Position numbers and translations under genes: made by a program. A DNA stretch of 43,657 nucleotides from Neobacillus sp. (GTDB taxonomy: Bacteria; Bacillota; Bacilli; Bacillales; Cytobacillaceae): positions 1-43,657 of the forward strand of contig JAQSXG010000001.1 of assembly GCA_029256785.1 (NCBI GenBank). The letters are read 5' to 3'. The notes below the pieces were generated by a model that was not told where the DNA came from, did not search any database, and saw only the letters and a program-made list of their open reading frames with translations. Below, piece after piece: positions 15,919 to 28,268 of this stretch (its first letter is position 1; each line of letters begins with the position of its first letter).

Positions 15919-17997
15919 TTATTCACCTTTGCTTTTTTTAATAATTTCTTCAGAGATAGATTTTGGTACTTCTTCATAGTGGTCAAAGTGCATAGAGAAT
16001 ACTCCACGACCTTGTGTACTTGAACGAAGTGATGTAGCATAACCAAACATTTCTGAAAGTGGAACCATTGCACGAACAACTTGTGCATTACCACGAGCGT
16101 CCATACCCTCTACACGTCCACGACGAGCAGTAATTTGGCCCATGATATCTCCCAAGTATTCTTCAGGAATGATAACTTCAACCCTCATAATAGGCTCAAG
16201 AATTACCGGACTACATTTTGAAGCAGCGTTCTTAAGAGCCATTGATGCAGCAATTTTAAATGCCATTTCAGATGAGTCAACATCATGGTATGATCCATCA
16301 AATAATCTTGCTTTAATATCAACTAACGGGAAGCCTGCAAGAACTCCTCTATCTAGAGAATCTTCTAGACCAGCTTGTACAGCAGGGATGTATTCACGTG
16401 GAACAACACCACCAACGATACCGTTAACGAATTCAAAGCCTTTTCCTTCATCATTAGGTGAGAATTCAATCCAAACGTGTCCATATTGTCCACGACCACC
16501 TGATTGACGAGCAAACTTTCCTTCAACAGATGCTGAAGCACGGAAAGTTTCGCGATAAGCAACCTGCGGTGCACCCACATTAGCTTCAACCTTGAATTCA
16601 CGACGCATACGATCAACAATGATATCTAGGTGAAGTTCACCCATACCAGCGATGATTGTTTGGCCAGTTTCAACGTCTGTATGTGCACGGAAAGAAGGAT
16701 CTTCTTCTTGCAGTTTTTGTAATGCATTACTCATTTTATCTTGGTCGGCTTTAGACTTTGGTTCAACTGAAAGCTGAATTACTGGCTCAGGGAATACCAT
16801 AGATTCTAGGATAACAAGGTTCTTATCATCACAAAGAGTATCACCAGTAGTTGTATCTTTCAATCCTACAGCAGCAGCAATGTCACCAGAGTAAACCTTT
16901 GCGATTTCCTGACGGCTATTTGCATGCATTTGTAGAATACGTCCAACACGCTCACGCTTACCTTTAGTGGAGTTTTGGACATATGAACCAGCATCAAGTG
17001 TACCAGAATAAACACGGAAGAATGTTAGTTTACCAACATAAGGATCCGTCATAACTTTAAATGCTAGTGCTGAGAATGGCTCGTCATCATCTGAATGACG
17101 CTCTACTTCTTCCTCTGAATCAGGTAGCGTACCTTTAATTGCAGGTACATCTAATGGAGATGGAAGGTAGTCAACTACAGCATCAAGCATTAATTGAACA
17201 CCTTTGTTTTTAAATGCAGATCCACAAATAACAGGATAGAATTCAACATTAACAGTACCTTTACGAATACCAGCTTTTAGCTCTTCTTTGGTGATTTCTT
17301 CACCATTAAGGTATTTGTCCATTAAAGTTTCATCAAGTTCTGCTACAGCTTCAACTAATTTTTCGCGCCATTCCTCAGCTAATTCACGATGTTCTTCAGG
17401 TATTTCACGAACTTCGATATTTTCGCCTAGGTCATCAGCGTAGAAAACTGCATTCATTTCAACAAGATCAATAATTGCATGGAATTGATCTTCAGCACCG
17501 ATTGGTAACTGAATTGGGTGTGCATTTGCTTGTAAACGATCGTGGATTGTTCCAACTGAATACAAGAAATCTGCACCGATTTTATCCATTTTGTTTACGA
17601 ATACTACACGTGGTACACCATAAGTTGTTGCTTGACGCCAAACTGTTTCAGTTTGAGGCTCAACACCAGATTGTGCATCAAGTACAGCTACTGCACCATC
17701 AAGTACACGAAGTGAACGTTCAACTTCAATAGTGAAGTCTACGTGTCCAGGTGTATCGATGATATTAACGCGGTGGCCTTTCCATGAAGCAGTTGTAGCA
17801 GCGGAAGTAATTGTAATTCCGCGCTCTTGTTCCTGCTCCATCCAGTCCATTTGAGACGCACCTTCATGTGTTTCACCAATCTTATGAATACGACCAGTGT
17901 AATAAAGAACACGCTCAGTAGTTGTTGTTTTACCAGCATCAATATGTGCCATGATACCGATATTACGAGTGTTTTTTAAGGAGAACTCTCTTGCCAT
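15919..17997 (-). CDS. fusA: Elongation factor G
   Basis: [18 protein letters not shown] and NKMD motifs; 692 aa. Confidence 0.99.
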   Translation of the reverse strand: MAREFSLKNTRNIGIMAHIDAGKTTTTERVLYYTGRIHKIGETHEGASQMDWMEQEQERGITITSAATTASWKGHRVNIIDTPGHVDFTIEVERSLRVLDGAVAVLDAQSGVEPQTETVWRQATTYGVPRVVFVNKMDKIGADFLYSVGTIHDRLQANAHPIQLPIGAEDQFHAIIDLVEMNAVFYADDLGENIEVREIPEEHRELAEEWREKLVEAVAELDETLMDKYLNGEEITKEELKAGIRKGTVNVEFYPVICGSAFKNKGVQLMLDAVVDYLPSPLDVPAIKGTLPDSEEEVERHSDDDEPFSALAFKVMTDPYVGKLTFFRVYSGTLDAGSYVQNSTKGKRERVGRILQMHANSRQEIAKVYSGDIAAAVGLKDTTTGDTLCDDKNLVILESMVFPEPVIQLSVEPKSKADQDKMSNALQKLQEEDPSFRAHTDVETGQTIIAGMGELHLDIIVDRMRREFKVEANVGAPQVAYRETFRASASVEGKFARQSGGRGQYGHVWIEFSPNDEGKGFEFVNGIVGGVVPREYIPAVQAGLEDSLDRGVLAGFPLVDIKARLFDGSYHDVDSSEMAFKIAASMALKNAASKCSPVILEPIMRVEVIIPEEYLGDIMGQITARRGRVEGMDARGNAQVVRAMVPLSEMFGYATSLRSSTQGRGVFSMHFDHYEEVPKSISEEIIKKSKGE

Positions 17998-18023
17998 TGT
18001 GTCTTTCCCCTTCCTAGGTTAAA

Positions 18024-18494
18024 TTACCAACGATAGTGAGCAAACGCTTTGTTTGCTTCTGCCATTTTGTGTGTATCTTCACGCTTCTTAACAGATGCGC
18101 CAGTGCTATTAGCAGCATCCATGATTTCGTTAGCTAAACGCTCTTCCATTGTCTTTTCACCGCGAAGACGCGCGTAGTTAACTAACCAACGAAGACCAAG
18201 TGTTGTTCTACGATCAGGACGCACCTCAATTGGTACTTGATAGTTTGCTCCACCTACACGGCGTGCTTTAACCTCTAGTACAGGCATGATGTTTTTAAGC
18301 GCTGCTTCGAAAACTTCCATTGGTTCTTTACCCGTACGTTCACGGATTGTTTCAAATGCTGAATATAGAATTGCTTGGGATTTACCTCTTTTACCGTCAA
18401 CCATCATTTTGTTGATTAGACGAGTAATTAGCTTAGAATTGTATAATGGATCTGGTAATACATCTCTTTTTGCTACAGGACCTTTACGTGGCAT
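18024..18494 (-). CDS. rpsG: 30S ribosomal protein S7
   Basis: [10 protein letters not shown]...[11 protein letters not shown]...NKAFAHYRW; start moved to 18494. Confidence 0.99.
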   Translation of the reverse strand: MPRKGPVAKRDVLPDPLYNSKLITRLINKMMVDGKRGKSQAILYSAFETIRERTGKEPMEVFEAALKNIMPVLEVKARRVGGANYQVPIEVRPDRRTTLGLRWLVNYARLRGEKTMEERLANEIMDAANSTGASVKKREDTHKMAEANKAFAHYRW

Positions 18495-18534
18495 TATATT
18501 TCCTCCTTTCAAGAAAGCTATTTATTAGTTTGTA

Positions 18535-18957
18535 TTATTTCTTAGCTGCTTTTGGTCTCTTAGTACCATATTTTGAACGACCTTGCATACGGTTGTTTAC
18601 ACCAGCCGTATCAAGAGCTCCACGTACGATGTGATAACGTACTCCTGGTAAATCCTTTACACGTCCTCCACGAATAAGAACAACACTGTGCTCTTGAAGA
18701 TTGTGTCCGATTCCAGGAATGTATGCAGTCACCTCGATACCGTTAGTCAAACGAACACGCGCATATTTACGTAATGCTGAGTTCGGCTTCTTAGGTGTCA
18801 TTGTACCAACACGTGTACATACACCGCGTTTTTGTGGTGAAGTTACATTCGTTTGTGATTTTTTGAAGCTGTTGTAACCTTTGTTTAGCGCAGGTGACTT
18901 CGACTTTTCAGTTACTGCTTGACGAGGTTTGCGCACCAATTGGTTAATAGTAGGCAT
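18535..18957 (-). CDS. rpsL: 30S ribosomal protein S12
   Basis: [20 protein letters not shown] and [10 protein letters not shown]; start moved to 18957. Confidence 0.99.
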   Translation of the reverse strand: MPTINQLVRKPRQAVTEKSKSPALNKGYNSFKKSQTNVTSPQKRGVCTRVGTMTPKKPNSALRKYARVRLTNGIEVTAYIPGIGHNLQEHSVVLIRGGRVKDLPGVRYHIVRGALDTAGVNNRMQGRSKYGTKRPKAAKK

Positions 18958-19060
18958 TATAATTTTCCTCCCTTCATATTTGTAAGTCCACACATCCAGG
19001 TGGTTCTTTTTAGTGCAAAAACAAAGTCTTTGCAGACTAATCTATCTACAAAAACAGTTT

Positions 19061-19309
19061 TTAACGGATAATTGCAACAGCTGAGGCACCAACTTCAATT
19101 CCACATGCTTTCCCAAGTTTTTTCATTGAGTCAACATATATAATCGGAACTTCCATTTCGCGGGCTTGATTAACAACTAATACTGTAACCTTGGGTTCAG
19201 CATCGCTGGCAACGATCAATTCCCGGACATTACCGTCCTTTAATGCTTTGACTGTGCGTTTTGTTCCTATAATAATCTTTTGTGCCTGTAATACTTTTTC
19301 ATAAGACAT
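19061..19309 (-). CDS. ybxF: L7Ae/L30e-family K-turn-binding protein (YbxF/RulS)
   Basis: MSYEKV...[11 protein letters not shown]...[15 protein letters not shown]; first gene of the str operon; start moved to 19309. Confidence 0.93.
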   Translation of the reverse strand: MSYEKVLQAQKIIIGTKRTVKALKDGNVRELIVASDAEPKVTVLVVNQAREMEVPIIYVDSMKKLGKACGIEVGASAVAIIR

Positions 19310-19353
19310 TTCCATATCCTCCAAAGTAACAGGTGAATAGGAGCACCTTTGAT

Positions 19354-19382
19354 ATATTACCATCTTCTATAAGAGAAGTCAA
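19354..19382 (-). promoter_or_regulatory. SigA promoter of the str operon
   Basis: TTGACT-17 nt-TAATAT with an extended TG. Confidence 0.78.
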
Positions 19383-19428
19383 CAATTGTTATAATATTAT
19401 TTCTTAACTTTGTTTTGGGATTTTCTTT

Positions 19429-19463
19429 AAAATGCGGTACTTGCTCAAAGAGCAAATACCGCA
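19429..19463 (-). terminator. Intrinsic terminator after rpoC
   Basis: TGCGGTATTTGCTC-TTT-GAGCAAGTACCGCA-TTTT. Confidence 0.8.
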
Positions 19464-19475
19464 ATAAATAAAATT

Positions 19476-22400
19476 CTACTCGATTGTTACTGTTTCTTCG
19501 GAAGTTGTATCACGTAAAACCGGCTCTGCTTTGCGGTAGCGAGGCATGCCTGTTCCAGCTGGTACAAGTTTACCGATGATAACATTTTCTTTCAATCCTA
19601 GTAATTCATCACGTTTACCTTTTATAGCTGCATCCGTAAGAACTCTTGTTGTTTCTTGGAAAGATGCTGCAGATAAGAATGAATCTGTTTCAAGTGATGC
19701 TTTTGTAATTCCAAGTAAAACCGGACGTCCGGTAGCAGGTAATTTGCCGCTTAGTAAAGCTTTTTCGTTTGCATCTGTAAACTGGTGGATATCAAGCAAT
19801 GTACCAGGAAGTACATTTGTTTCTCCTGCATCAACCACGCGAACTTTACGAAGCATCTGACGCACCATTACTTCAACGTGCTTATCACCAATTTCAACAC
19901 CCTGCATACGATATACCTTTTGAACCTCACGCAGTAAATATTCTTGAACTGCATTTACGTCTTTTACTTTAATCAGTTCTTTCGGGTCAATAGATCCCTC
20001 GGTTAATTCTTCACCGCGTTCTACTTTGTCGTTTACTGCTACTTTCACACGAGCTGTATATGGTGCATTATAAGTACGGGATTCAACTTCTCCCTGTACA
20101 ACAATCTCATGTTGACGATCCTTGCCCTCATTAATACCAACCACAACACCATCGATTTCTGAAATAACAGCAACCCCTTTAGGATTACGTGCTTCAAAAA
20201 TTTCTTGAATACGTGGGAGACCTTGAGTAATATCGTCTCCTGCAACACCACCGGTATGGAATGTACGCATAGTTAACTGTGTTCCTGGTTCACCGATTGA
20301 TTGGGCAGCGATAATACCAACCGCTTCACCTACTTCAACCTCTTGACCAGTAGCTAAGTTACGTCCGTAACATTTTTTACATACCCCGTGACGTGTATTA
20401 CATGTAAATGCAGACCGGATTTTTACTTCTTCAATTCCTGAGCCAACAATTAATTCTGCTAACTCCTCTGTAATAAGACCATTTTCAGGTACGAGTACTT
20501 TGTTCGTTTCTGGATGTTTAATTGCATTTCGTGCATAACGACCAATTAAACGTTCCTCTAGCGATTCAATTACTTCGGTGCCATCTTTTAGGGATTTGAT
20601 TAATAATCCACGATCTGTTCCACAATCATCATCACGCACAATTACATCTTGCGCAACATCAACTAGACGACGTGTTAGGTAACCAGAGTCAGCTGTTTTT
20701 AGAGCCGTATCTGCAAGACCTTTACGGGCACCATGCGTAGAAATAAAGTACTCTAAAACTGTTAAACCTTCACGGAAACTTGATTTAATAGGTAATTCAA
20801 TAATACGTCCAGCCGGGTTAGCCATCAGACCACGCATACCAGCGAGCTGTGTAAAGTTAGATGCGTTACCACGGGCACCTGAATCACTCATCATAAAAAT
20901 TGGATTGGATTTATTCAAGGACTTCATTAGTTTACCTTGAATAATGTCCTTTGCTTGACTCCAAATAGCGATAACTCTGTCATAACGCTCTTCTTCAGTA
21001 ATCAAACCACGTCTAAATTGCTTCATGACGTTATCTACTTTATTTTGACCTTCAGTTAGAATGACTTCTTTTTCTTCAAGTACCACAATGTCTGCCACAC
21101 CAACAGTGATACCAGCTTTTGTAGAATACTTAAATCCTAGGTCCTTCATGCGATCAAGCATTTTAGATGTTTCGGTAATTTTAAATCTTTTAAATACCTC
21201 AGCAATGATATTTCCAAGAATTTTCTTCTTGAAAGGATCAATCAATGGCATTTCCTTAATTCTAGCTAAGACATCTTCGCCTTTTTCAACGAAATACTTT
21301 TCAGGTGTTTCGACTTCGAGGTTATGTCTAGTAGGTTCATTGATATATGGGAATGACTTTGGAAGAATTTCATTAAACACTAATTTACCAACAGTTGTAA
21401 TTAGTAGCTTTTTGTTTTGTTCTTCAGTCAAAGTCTCGTTACCTAATGACCCAGCATATACAGCCACACGAGTATGCAGATGAACATAGCCATTTTGATA
21501 AGCAATTATCGCTTCATTTGTATCCTTAAAGACCATACCTTCGCCAACTGCGCCTTCTCTCTCAAGTGTTAGGTAGTAGTTACCAAGCACCATATCCTGA
21601 GAAGGTGTAACAACAGGCTTACCATCTTTAGGGTTCAAAATGTTTTGTGCAGCTAACATCAATAACCTTGCTTCGGCTTGAGCTTCTGACGAAAGTGGTA
21701 CGTGAACCGCCATTTGGTCACCATCAAAGTCAGCATTGTATGCTGTACAAACTAATGGATGCAGACGAATCGCTCTACCTTCAACAAGTGTTGGTTCAAA
21801 TGCCTGAATTCCTAATCTGTGTAAAGTCGGTGCACGGTTTAAAAGAACCGGATGCTCACGAATTACATCTTCAAGTACGTCCCAAACGTCCGGAGATACT
21901 CTTTCAATCTTTCGTTTTGCAGATTTAATATTATGGGCTAAACCTTTTTCAACTAGTTCCTTCATTACAAATGGCTTAAATAATTCAAGAGCCATTTCTT
22001 TCGGAAGTCCACACTGATACATTTTTAAGTTAGGTCCAACAACGATTACGGAACGGCCAGAGTAATCTACACGTTTACCAAGCAGGTTCTGACGGAATCG
22101 TCCTTGTTTCCCTTTCAACATATGTGAAAGTGATTTTAACGGACGGTTTCCTGGTCCAGTTACTGGTCGGCCACGACGTCCATTATCAATTAATGCATCT
22201 ACTGCTTCTTGTAACATCCGCTTCTCGTTTTGCACGATTATGCTTGGAGCTCCAAGGTCTAATAAACGCTTTAAACGGTTATTACGGTTGATTACACGAC
22301 GATAAAGGTCGTTTAAGTCAGAAGTTGCAAATCTTCCTCCATCAAGTTGTACCATTGGACGAAGTTCTGGAGGGATTACTGGTAGCACATCAAGAATCAT

Positions 22401-23075
22401 CCATGATGGTTCATTTCCAGAACCACGGAATGCCTCTAAAACCTCAAGGCGCTTAATTGCACGAGTACGGCGTTGTCCTTGTGCCGTTTTTAATTCTTCT
22501 TTTAACGCTTCAACTTCCTTGTTTAGGTCGATATCTGAAAGAAGTTTTTTAATTGCTTCGGCTCCCATGGCAGCTTGGAATTTGTTTCCGTACTTTTCAC
22601 GATATGCACGGTATTCCTTTTCAGATAATAGTTGTTTCCTATCAAGTGCAGTATCACCGGATTCCGTTACAACATAGGATGCGAAGTATATAATTTCTTC
22701 CAAAGCACGAGGCGACATATCTAAAACTAATCCCATTCGGCTTGGAATTCCTTTAAAATACCAAATATGCGAAACTGGAGCAGCAAGTTCAATATGGCCC
22801 ATACGTTCACGACGTACTTTCGCACGTGTTACCTCAACGCCACAACGATCACATACAACACCCTTGTATCTTACACGTTTATATTTTCCACAGTGACATT
22901 CCCAATCCTTTGTTGGACCAAAAATTCTCTCGCAGAATAAACCATCCTTTTCAGGCTTTAATGTACGATAATTTATCGTTTCAGGCTTTTTTACTTCTCC
23001 AAATGACCACGAACGAATTTTATCCGGTGATGCAAGACCAATCTTCATATATTCAAAATTATTAACATCCAGCAA
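19476..23075 (-). CDS. rpoC: RNA polymerase beta' subunit
   Basis: NADFDGD catalytic motif; N-terminal Zn finger; 1199 aa. Confidence 0.99.
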   Translation of the reverse strand: MLDVNNFEYMKIGLASPDKIRSWSFGEVKKPETINYRTLKPEKDGLFCERIFGPTKDWECHCGKYKRVRYKGVVCDRCGVEVTRAKVRRERMGHIELAAPVSHIWYFKGIPSRMGLVLDMSPRALEEIIYFASYVVTESGDTALDRKQLLSEKEYRAYREKYGNKFQAAMGAEAIKKLLSDIDLNKEVEALKEELKTAQGQRRTRAIKRLEVLEAFRGSGNEPSWMILDVLPVIPPELRPMVQLDGGRFATSDLNDLYRRVINRNNRLKRLLDLGAPSIIVQNEKRMLQEAVDALIDNGRRGRPVTGPGNRPLKSLSHMLKGKQGRFRQNLLGKRVDYSGRSVIVVGPNLKMYQCGLPKEMALELFKPFVMKELVEKGLAHNIKSAKRKIERVSPDVWDVLEDVIREHPVLLNRAPTLHRLGIQAFEPTLVEGRAIRLHPLVCTAYNADFDGDQMAVHVPLSSEAQAEARLLMLAAQNILNPKDGKPVVTPSQDMVLGNYYLTLEREGAVGEGMVFKDTNEAIIAYQNGYVHLHTRVAVYAGSLGNETLTEEQNKKLLITTVGKLVFNEILPKSFPYINEPTRHNLEVETPEKYFVEKGEDVLARIKEMPLIDPFKKKILGNIIAEVFKRFKITETSKMLDRMKDLGFKYSTKAGITVGVADIVVLEEKEVILTEGQNKVDNVMKQFRRGLITEEERYDRVIAIWSQAKDIIQGKLMKSLNKSNPIFMMSDSGARGNASNFTQLAGMRGLMANPAGRIIELPIKSSFREGLTVLEYFISTHGARKGLADTALKTADSGYLTRRLVDVAQDVIVRDDDCGTDRGLLIKSLKDGTEVIESLEERLIGRYARNAIKHPETNKVLVPENGLITEELAELIVGSGIEEVKIRSAFTCNTRHGVCKKCYGRNLATGQEVEVGEAVGIIAAQSIGEPGTQLTMRTFHTGGVAGDDITQGLPRIQEIFEARNPKGVAVISEIDGVVVGINEGKDRQHEIVVQGEVESRTYNAPYTARVKVAVNDKVERGEELTEGSIDPKELIKVKDVNAVQEYLLREVQKVYRMQGVEIGDKHVEVMVRQMLRKVRVVDAGETNVLPGTLLDIHQFTDANEKALLSGKLPATGRPVLLGITKASLETDSFLSAASFQETTRVLTDAAIKGKRDELLGLKENVIIGKLVPAGTGMPRYRKAEPVLRDTTSEETVTIE

Positions 23076-23187
23076 GGGGCCTACCTCCCTTTTAATATCC
23101 AGGTTTTACCCTTTATAAGCTGCAGCTAGAAACACAATAAAGAGAATGTCGCTGCTCAGCCCCGACTATCGGGGCTGAGCATTGCAA

Positions 23188-26100
23188 CTACTCTTTTGAA
23201 CCAACCTTTTCAGATTCTAGGTTCAGTGTATCTGGAACGACGTTCAATGTATCAACCTGCTGCAGATCATCGTCATCTTCCGTATCACGTAACTCTATTT
23301 CTTTTTCATCACTGGACAGCATTTTTACATCCATGCCCAGACTCTGAAGTTCTTTGATTAATACTTTAAACGATTCAGGAACCCCTGGTTCTGGAACGTT
23401 TTCACCTTTAACAATTGCTTCATACGTTTTAACACGACCAATAACATCATCTGATTTAACAGTAAGGATTTCTTGAAGTGTGTATGCTGCACCGTACGCT
23501 TCAAGTGCCCAAACCTCCATCTCTCCGAAACGCTGTCCACCAAATTGCGCTTTTCCGCCAAGTGGCTGTTGCGTAACAAGAGAATAAGGTCCAGTTGAAC
23601 GAGCATGAAGTTTATCATCAACCATGTGCGCAAGTTTAATCATATACATGACACCTACAGATACACGGTTATCAAATGGTTCTCCAGAACGTCCGTCATA
23701 AAGTACGGTTTTCGCATCCCTAGACATACCAGCTTCTTCAATTGTTCCCCAAACATCTTCCTCACGAGCACCATCAAATACTGGTGAAGCTACATGAATA
23801 CCCAATGCTCTTGCTGCCATTCCTAAGTGAAGCTCAAGCACCTGTCCAATGTTCATACGAGATGGTACACCTAACGGATTTAACATGATATCAACTGGAG
23901 TGCCGTCTGGTAAGTATGGCATATCTTCTTCAGGTAAAATCCGTGAAATAACACCTTTGTTACCATGACGACCCGCCATCTTATCCCCTTCAGAAATTTT
24001 ACGTTTCTGAACGATATAAACACGTACTAGTTGATTTACACCCGGTGGTAACTCATCGCCATCTTCACGATTAAAGACCTTAACATCATGAACAATACCG
24101 CCACCGCCATGTGGAACGCGTAATGAAGTATCACGAACTTCACGCGCCTTTTCACCGAAGATTGCATGTAATAAACGTTCTTCTGCCGTTAGTTCTGTTA
24201 CCCCTTTAGGAGTTACTTTACCAACAAGAAGGTCTCCATCTTTTACCTCTGCACCAGTACGAATGATTCCGCGCTCATCCAAATTACGAAGAGCATCTTC
24301 ACCGACGTTTGGAATATCACGAGTGATTTCCTCTGGTCCAAGCTTTGTATCACGAGATTCTGATTCATATTCTTCTATATGAATAGAGGTATAAACATCA
24401 TCTTTTACAAGTCTTTCACTCATAATGATGGCATCTTCATAGTTATAACCATCCCATGTCATAAAGGCCACAAGGACGTTACGACCAAGAGCTAATTCGC
24501 CTAATTCCATTGATGGTCCGTCTGCTAAAATTTCACCTTTAGTTACATGGTTGCCCACTGCAACAATTGGTCGTTGGTTATAGCAAGTACCTTGGTTAGA
24601 ACGAATGAATTTTAACATACGATATTTATCAAGGTTACCTTTTGTTTCTTGACCATCAACAATATTAATTCGACGGACCCACACTTCACGGGCTTCAACA
24701 TGTTCAACAATACCGTCATGCTTACAGATAACAGCAGCACCAGAGTCTTTACCAGATACATATTCCATACCTGTACCCACTCTTGGAGCTTCCGGCTGCA
24801 TAAGCGGCACGGCTTGACGTTGCATGTTCGCACCCATAAGTGCACGGTTGGAGTCATCGTTTTCAAGGAAAGGGATACATGCTGTTGCCGCAGAAACAAC
24901 CTGTTTTGGTGATACATCCATATAATCAATTCGGCTGCGATCTACCACGGTGTTTTCACCGCGGAATCTCGCTACTACATCTGCATTTACGAACGAACCA
25001 TCATCATCAAGAATCGAGTTCGCCTGTGCTACAACATAGTTATCCTCTTCATCTGCAGTTAAATAATCAATGCGGCTAGTCACTTTTCCTGTATCAGGGT
25101 CAATACGGCGATATGGTGTTTCAATAAAGCCAAATCGATTCACCTTCGCAAAGGATGAAAGTGAGTTAATTAATCCAATATTTGGTCCCTCTGGCGTTTC
25201 AATTGGACACATACGACCATAGTGTGAGTAATGAACGTCACGCACTTCAAATCCTGCACGTTCACGTGTTAAACCACCGGGTCCTAATGCAGATAAACGA
25301 CGCTTGTGTGTTAATTCAGCAAGCGGGTTTGTTTGATCCATAAATTGTGATAATTGTGAGCTACCAAAGAACTCTTTAATTGATGCAATTACAGGACGAA
25401 TATTAATTAATTGCTGTGGTGTAATCGTCGCTGTGTCTTGAATCGACATTCTTTCTCTGACTACACGTTCCATCCGTGAAAGACCAATACGGAATTGGTT
25501 TTGTAACAATTCTCCAACAGAACGAAGACGTCTGTTACCTAAATGGTCAATATCATCCGTATCACCAACACCATGCAATAAATTGAAGAAGTAGCTGATT
25601 GAAGCGATGATATCGGCTGGAGTAATATTTTTTATCGGTTCTGCAACATACGCATTACCTAGTACATTAATTACTTTTTCACCGTCATCATTTGGAGCAA
25701 AGATTTTAATACCCTGGAGAGTAATTTCATCTTTAACTACACCGCCTGATGGCTGGAAGCCTTTAAAGTTAACATTTTTCTCCAAAGCGGGAATAATACG
25801 GTCCAGATTTCTTCTATCAAGCAAGGTACCTTTTTCCGCAATTATTTCTCCTGTTTCCGGATCTCCTAGAGATTCTGCTAGGCGTTGATTAAATAATCGG
25901 TTTTTTATATGAAGCTTCTTATTAATTTTATAACGACCTACGTTTGCAAGGTCATAACGCTTAGGATCAAAAAATCTTGATACTAATAAACTCTTTGCAT
26001 TTTCTACGGTTGGTGGTTCACCAGGACGCAGTCTTTCGTAAATTTCAAGAAGTGCCTTTTCTGTACCTTCGGTGTTGTCCTTTTCAAGGGTATTACGAAT

Positions 26101-26748
26101 ATACTCGTTATCACCGATTAATTCGATGATTTCCTGATCGGAACCGAAGCCTAATGCACGCAAAAGAACCGTAACGGGCAGTTTCCGAGTACGATCTATC
26201 CTGACATATACGACATCTTTGGCGTCTGTTTCATATTCAAGCCAAGCGCCGCGGTTCGGAATTACAGTCGCTGTAAATCCTCGCTTACCATTTTTATCAA
26301 GCTTACCACTGTAGTATACGCTCGGTGAACGCACTAACTGTGAAACAATGACACGTTCTGCCCCGTTAATGACAAACGTACCTGTTTCCGTCATAAGTGG
26401 AAAATCGCCCATAAAAACATCTTGATCTTTTACTTCGCCTGTTTCTTTGTTTACAAGACGCACTTTAACACGCAAAGGCGCTGAATATGTAACGTCCCGC
26501 TCTTTTGATTCTTCCACAGAATACTTTGGTTCGCCAAGGCTATAATCAATAAATTCTAGTGATAGGTTACCTGTAAAATCCTCAATTGGCGAAATATCCT
26601 GAAACATTTCACGCAAACCCTCATCAAGAAACCATTGATACGAAGAGGTTTGGATTTCAATAAGATTTGGTAACTCTAAAACCTCACTGATTCGTGCGTA
26701 ACTCCTACGTTGGCGGTGTCGTCCATACTGAACTAGTTGACCTGTCAA
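23188..26748 (-). CDS. rpoB: RNA polymerase beta subunit
   Basis: [35 protein letters not shown] and GGQRFGEME; TTG start at 26748 chosen by RBS spacing (a GTG at 26757 is the alternative). Confidence 0.99.
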   Translation of the reverse strand: MTGQLVQYGRHRQRRSYARISEVLELPNLIEIQTSSYQWFLDEGLREMFQDISPIEDFTGNLSLEFIDYSLGEPKYSVEESKERDVTYSAPLRVKVRLVNKETGEVKDQDVFMGDFPLMTETGTFVINGAERVIVSQLVRSPSVYYSGKLDKNGKRGFTATVIPNRGAWLEYETDAKDVVYVRIDRTRKLPVTVLLRALGFGSDQEIIELIGDNEYIRNTLEKDNTEGTEKALLEIYERLRPGEPPTVENAKSLLVSRFFDPKRYDLANVGRYKINKKLHIKNRLFNQRLAESLGDPETGEIIAEKGTLLDRRNLDRIIPALEKNVNFKGFQPSGGVVKDEITLQGIKIFAPNDDGEKVINVLGNAYVAEPIKNITPADIIASISYFFNLLHGVGDTDDIDHLGNRRLRSVGELLQNQFRIGLSRMERVVRERMSIQDTATITPQQLINIRPVIASIKEFFGSSQLSQFMDQTNPLAELTHKRRLSALGPGGLTRERAGFEVRDVHYSHYGRMCPIETPEGPNIGLINSLSSFAKVNRFGFIETPYRRIDPDTGKVTSRIDYLTADEEDNYVVAQANSILDDDGSFVNADVVARFRGENTVVDRSRIDYMDVSPKQVVSAATACIPFLENDDSNRALMGANMQRQAVPLMQPEAPRVGTGMEYVSGKDSGAAVICKHDGIVEHVEAREVWVRRINIVDGQETKGNLDKYRMLKFIRSNQGTCYNQRPIVAVGNHVTKGEILADGPSMELGELALGRNVLVAFMTWDGYNYEDAIIMSERLVKDDVYTSIHIEEYESESRDTKLGPEEITRDIPNVGEDALRNLDERGIIRTGAEVKDGDLLVGKVTPKGVTELTAEERLLHAIFGEKAREVRDTSLRVPHGGGGIVHDVKVFNREDGDELPPGVNQLVRVYIVQKRKISEGDKMAGRHGNKGVISRILPEEDMPYLPDGTPVDIMLNPLGVPSRMNIGQVLELHLGMAARALGIHVASPVFDGAREEDVWGTIEEAGMSRDAKTVLYDGRSGEPFDNRVSVGVMYMIKLAHMVDDKLHARSTGPYSLVTQQPLGGKAQFGGQRFGEMEVWALEAYGAAYTLQEILTVKSDDVIGRVKTYEAIVKGENVPEPGVPESFKVLIKELQSLGMDVKMLSSDEKEIELRDTEDDDDLQQVDTLNVVPDTLNLESEKVGSKE

Positions 26749-26980
26749 CTGATTCACCCCTCAAATCAAGCGTTTTATTAAAACTCTATTAACGTCTTTC
26801 GAAAGAAAACAGAAGTTTTCTTTCATAAGACAAAAAAGAAAAAGGGTTTTTATATCTTAAAAACCACAATTTCACATTTTAGCTATTATTTTGTCATCAT
26901 AACCGTAATAAACCATTTTTATACCAGAAATCTATGTATTTAAAGGGATAATTCGGAAAATATTATGATGGCATTTTATA

Positions 26981-27009
26981 ATGCTAACATAGTGACATTT
27001 TGGAGTCAA
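26981..27009 (-). promoter_or_regulatory. SigA promoter of rpoBC
   Basis: TTGACT-17 nt-TAGCAT with an extended TG, just after the rsmC stop. Confidence 0.7.
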
Positions 27010-27010
27010 C

Positions 27011-27610
27011 TTATTTTTTTGCTTTAATTATGAAATATCCTTTAGACTTGTGTACAGTCTCAACAGTAGAAAATAACTCTTGCATCTTTTCAATCGCTGA
27101 TGGTGCACCTTGTTTTTTTTGAATAACTACCCATAAAACGCCTTCTATAGCCAAATGCTCATAGCTCTGTTCAAAAATATCATGGACAGTCTTTTTGCCA
27201 GCTCTAATCGGCGGGTTTGTTAAAATGGCTGCAAATTTCGTTACTTTCACATTTAACAAACGGTCACTTTCATAGATTTCAACATTGGAAATTTGATTTT
27301 GACTAGCGTTACCTCTTGCTAGCTCGATCGCTCTTTCGTTTACATCAATCATGTGTACAATACGATTAGGGAAATCCTTCGCTATTGAAAGCCCAATCGG
27401 ACCATAACCACAACCTACATCTAAAACAGGCCCAGGTGTTTCTGGCATTTCAAAAGCTTCAATCAATAAACGTGAGCCAAAATCTACTTCTCTTTTCGAA
27501 AAAACACCGTTATCGGTTTTAAAGCGAAAGAGCGTATTACGAAGAGTGAAGTCCCAAAATTTCGGATGACTTTCAACCTTCTGTGATCGAGAATAGTAGT
27601 GTTCAGACAA
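27011..27610 (-). CDS. ybxB: Class I SAM methyltransferase, RsmC/YbxB family (16S rRNA m2G)
   Basis: GVFS..VDFGSRLL, VLDVGCGYG and TNPPIRAGK motifs; TTG start at 27610 behind GGAGGTG. Confidence 0.92.
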   Translation of the reverse strand: MSEHYYSRSQKVESHPKFWDFTLRNTLFRFKTDNGVFSKREVDFGSRLLIEAFEMPETPGPVLDVGCGYGPIGLSIAKDFPNRIVHMIDVNERAIELARGNASQNQISNVEIYESDRLLNVKVTKFAAILTNPPIRAGKKTVHDIFEQSYEHLAIEGVLWVVIQKKQGAPSAIEKMQELFSTVETVHKSKGYFIIKAKK

Positions 27611-27666
27611 CTGACTCACCTCCGAGGAGATTAAATTTTGAGGTAATCGAGGAATTTAATTAAGCC

Positions 27667-27698
27667 AAAAAAAGCTCGCTTATACAGCGAGCTTTTTT
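27667..27698 (-). terminator. Intrinsic terminator after rplL
   Basis: AAAAAAGCTCGCT-GTATA-AGCGAGCTTTTTTT. Confidence 0.92.
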
Positions 27699-27707
27699 AT
27701 ATGGTTA

Positions 27708-28067
27708 TTACTTAACTTCAACGTTAGCTCCAACTTCAGAAAGTTTAGCTGAGATTTCTTCAGCTTCTTCTTTAGAAACGCCTTCTTTGATTGCTTTTGG
27801 TGCGTTATCAACAACTTCTTTAGCCTCTTTAAGACCAAGACCTGTGATTTCACGTACAACCTTGATAACTTTAATCTTTTGGTCACCAGCGCTAGCTAGG
27901 ATAACATCAAATTCAGTTTGCTCTTCAACAGCAGCAACTGCAGCGCCACCCATTGCTACAGGAGCAGCAGCAGTTACACCGAATTCTTCTTCGATTGCTT
28001 TTACTAGATCGTTAAGTTCTAAAACAGTCATAGTTTTAACTGCTTCAATGATTTGTTCTTTAGTCAT
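27708..28067 (-). CDS. rplL: 50S ribosomal protein L7/L12
   Basis: [20 protein letters not shown] and [15 protein letters not shown]. Confidence 0.99.
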   Translation of the reverse strand: MTKEQIIEAVKTMTVLELNDLVKAIEEEFGVTAAAPVAMGGAAVAAVEEQTEFDVILASAGDQKIKVIKVVREITGLGLKEAKEVVDNAPKAIKEGVSKEEAEEISAKLSEVGANVEVK

Positions 28068-28116
28068 TTTATTTTCCTCCTTAGTTTTCGTTCCATTTAT
28101 TAGTTACGCAAAGTTT

Positions 28117-28264
28117 TGTCTAGCTTCAGCTCCCAGCAGCTAGTGTCCTTCACTCTTCTCCCTACGATAAGTCAACATCGAATCGCTATCGCTCTTCGTG
28201 TTTCCTTTATCTCAGTCGAAGCGCTCCAGGCCATACGCTGCTAAACGGTCGCTTCAGCCTTTCT
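28117..28264. repeat. Rod-like hairpin repeat element (~148 bp) in the rplJ-rplL spacer
   Basis: Ends TGTCTAGCTTCAGC...GCTTCAGCCTTTCT; 8-bp direct repeat GCTTCAGC at 28123 and 28251; nested imperfect IRs; resembles a dispersed Bacillaceae intergenic repeat (from memory, not searched). Confidence 0.7.
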
Positions 28265-28268
28265 CAAC

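Noticed and set aside
25270-25370. Possible antibiotic-resistance alleles in the rpoB RRDR (rpsL K56 region also checked)
   Set aside because: [26 protein letters not shown] in RpoB and TPKKPNSA in S12 match the usual sensitive sequences.
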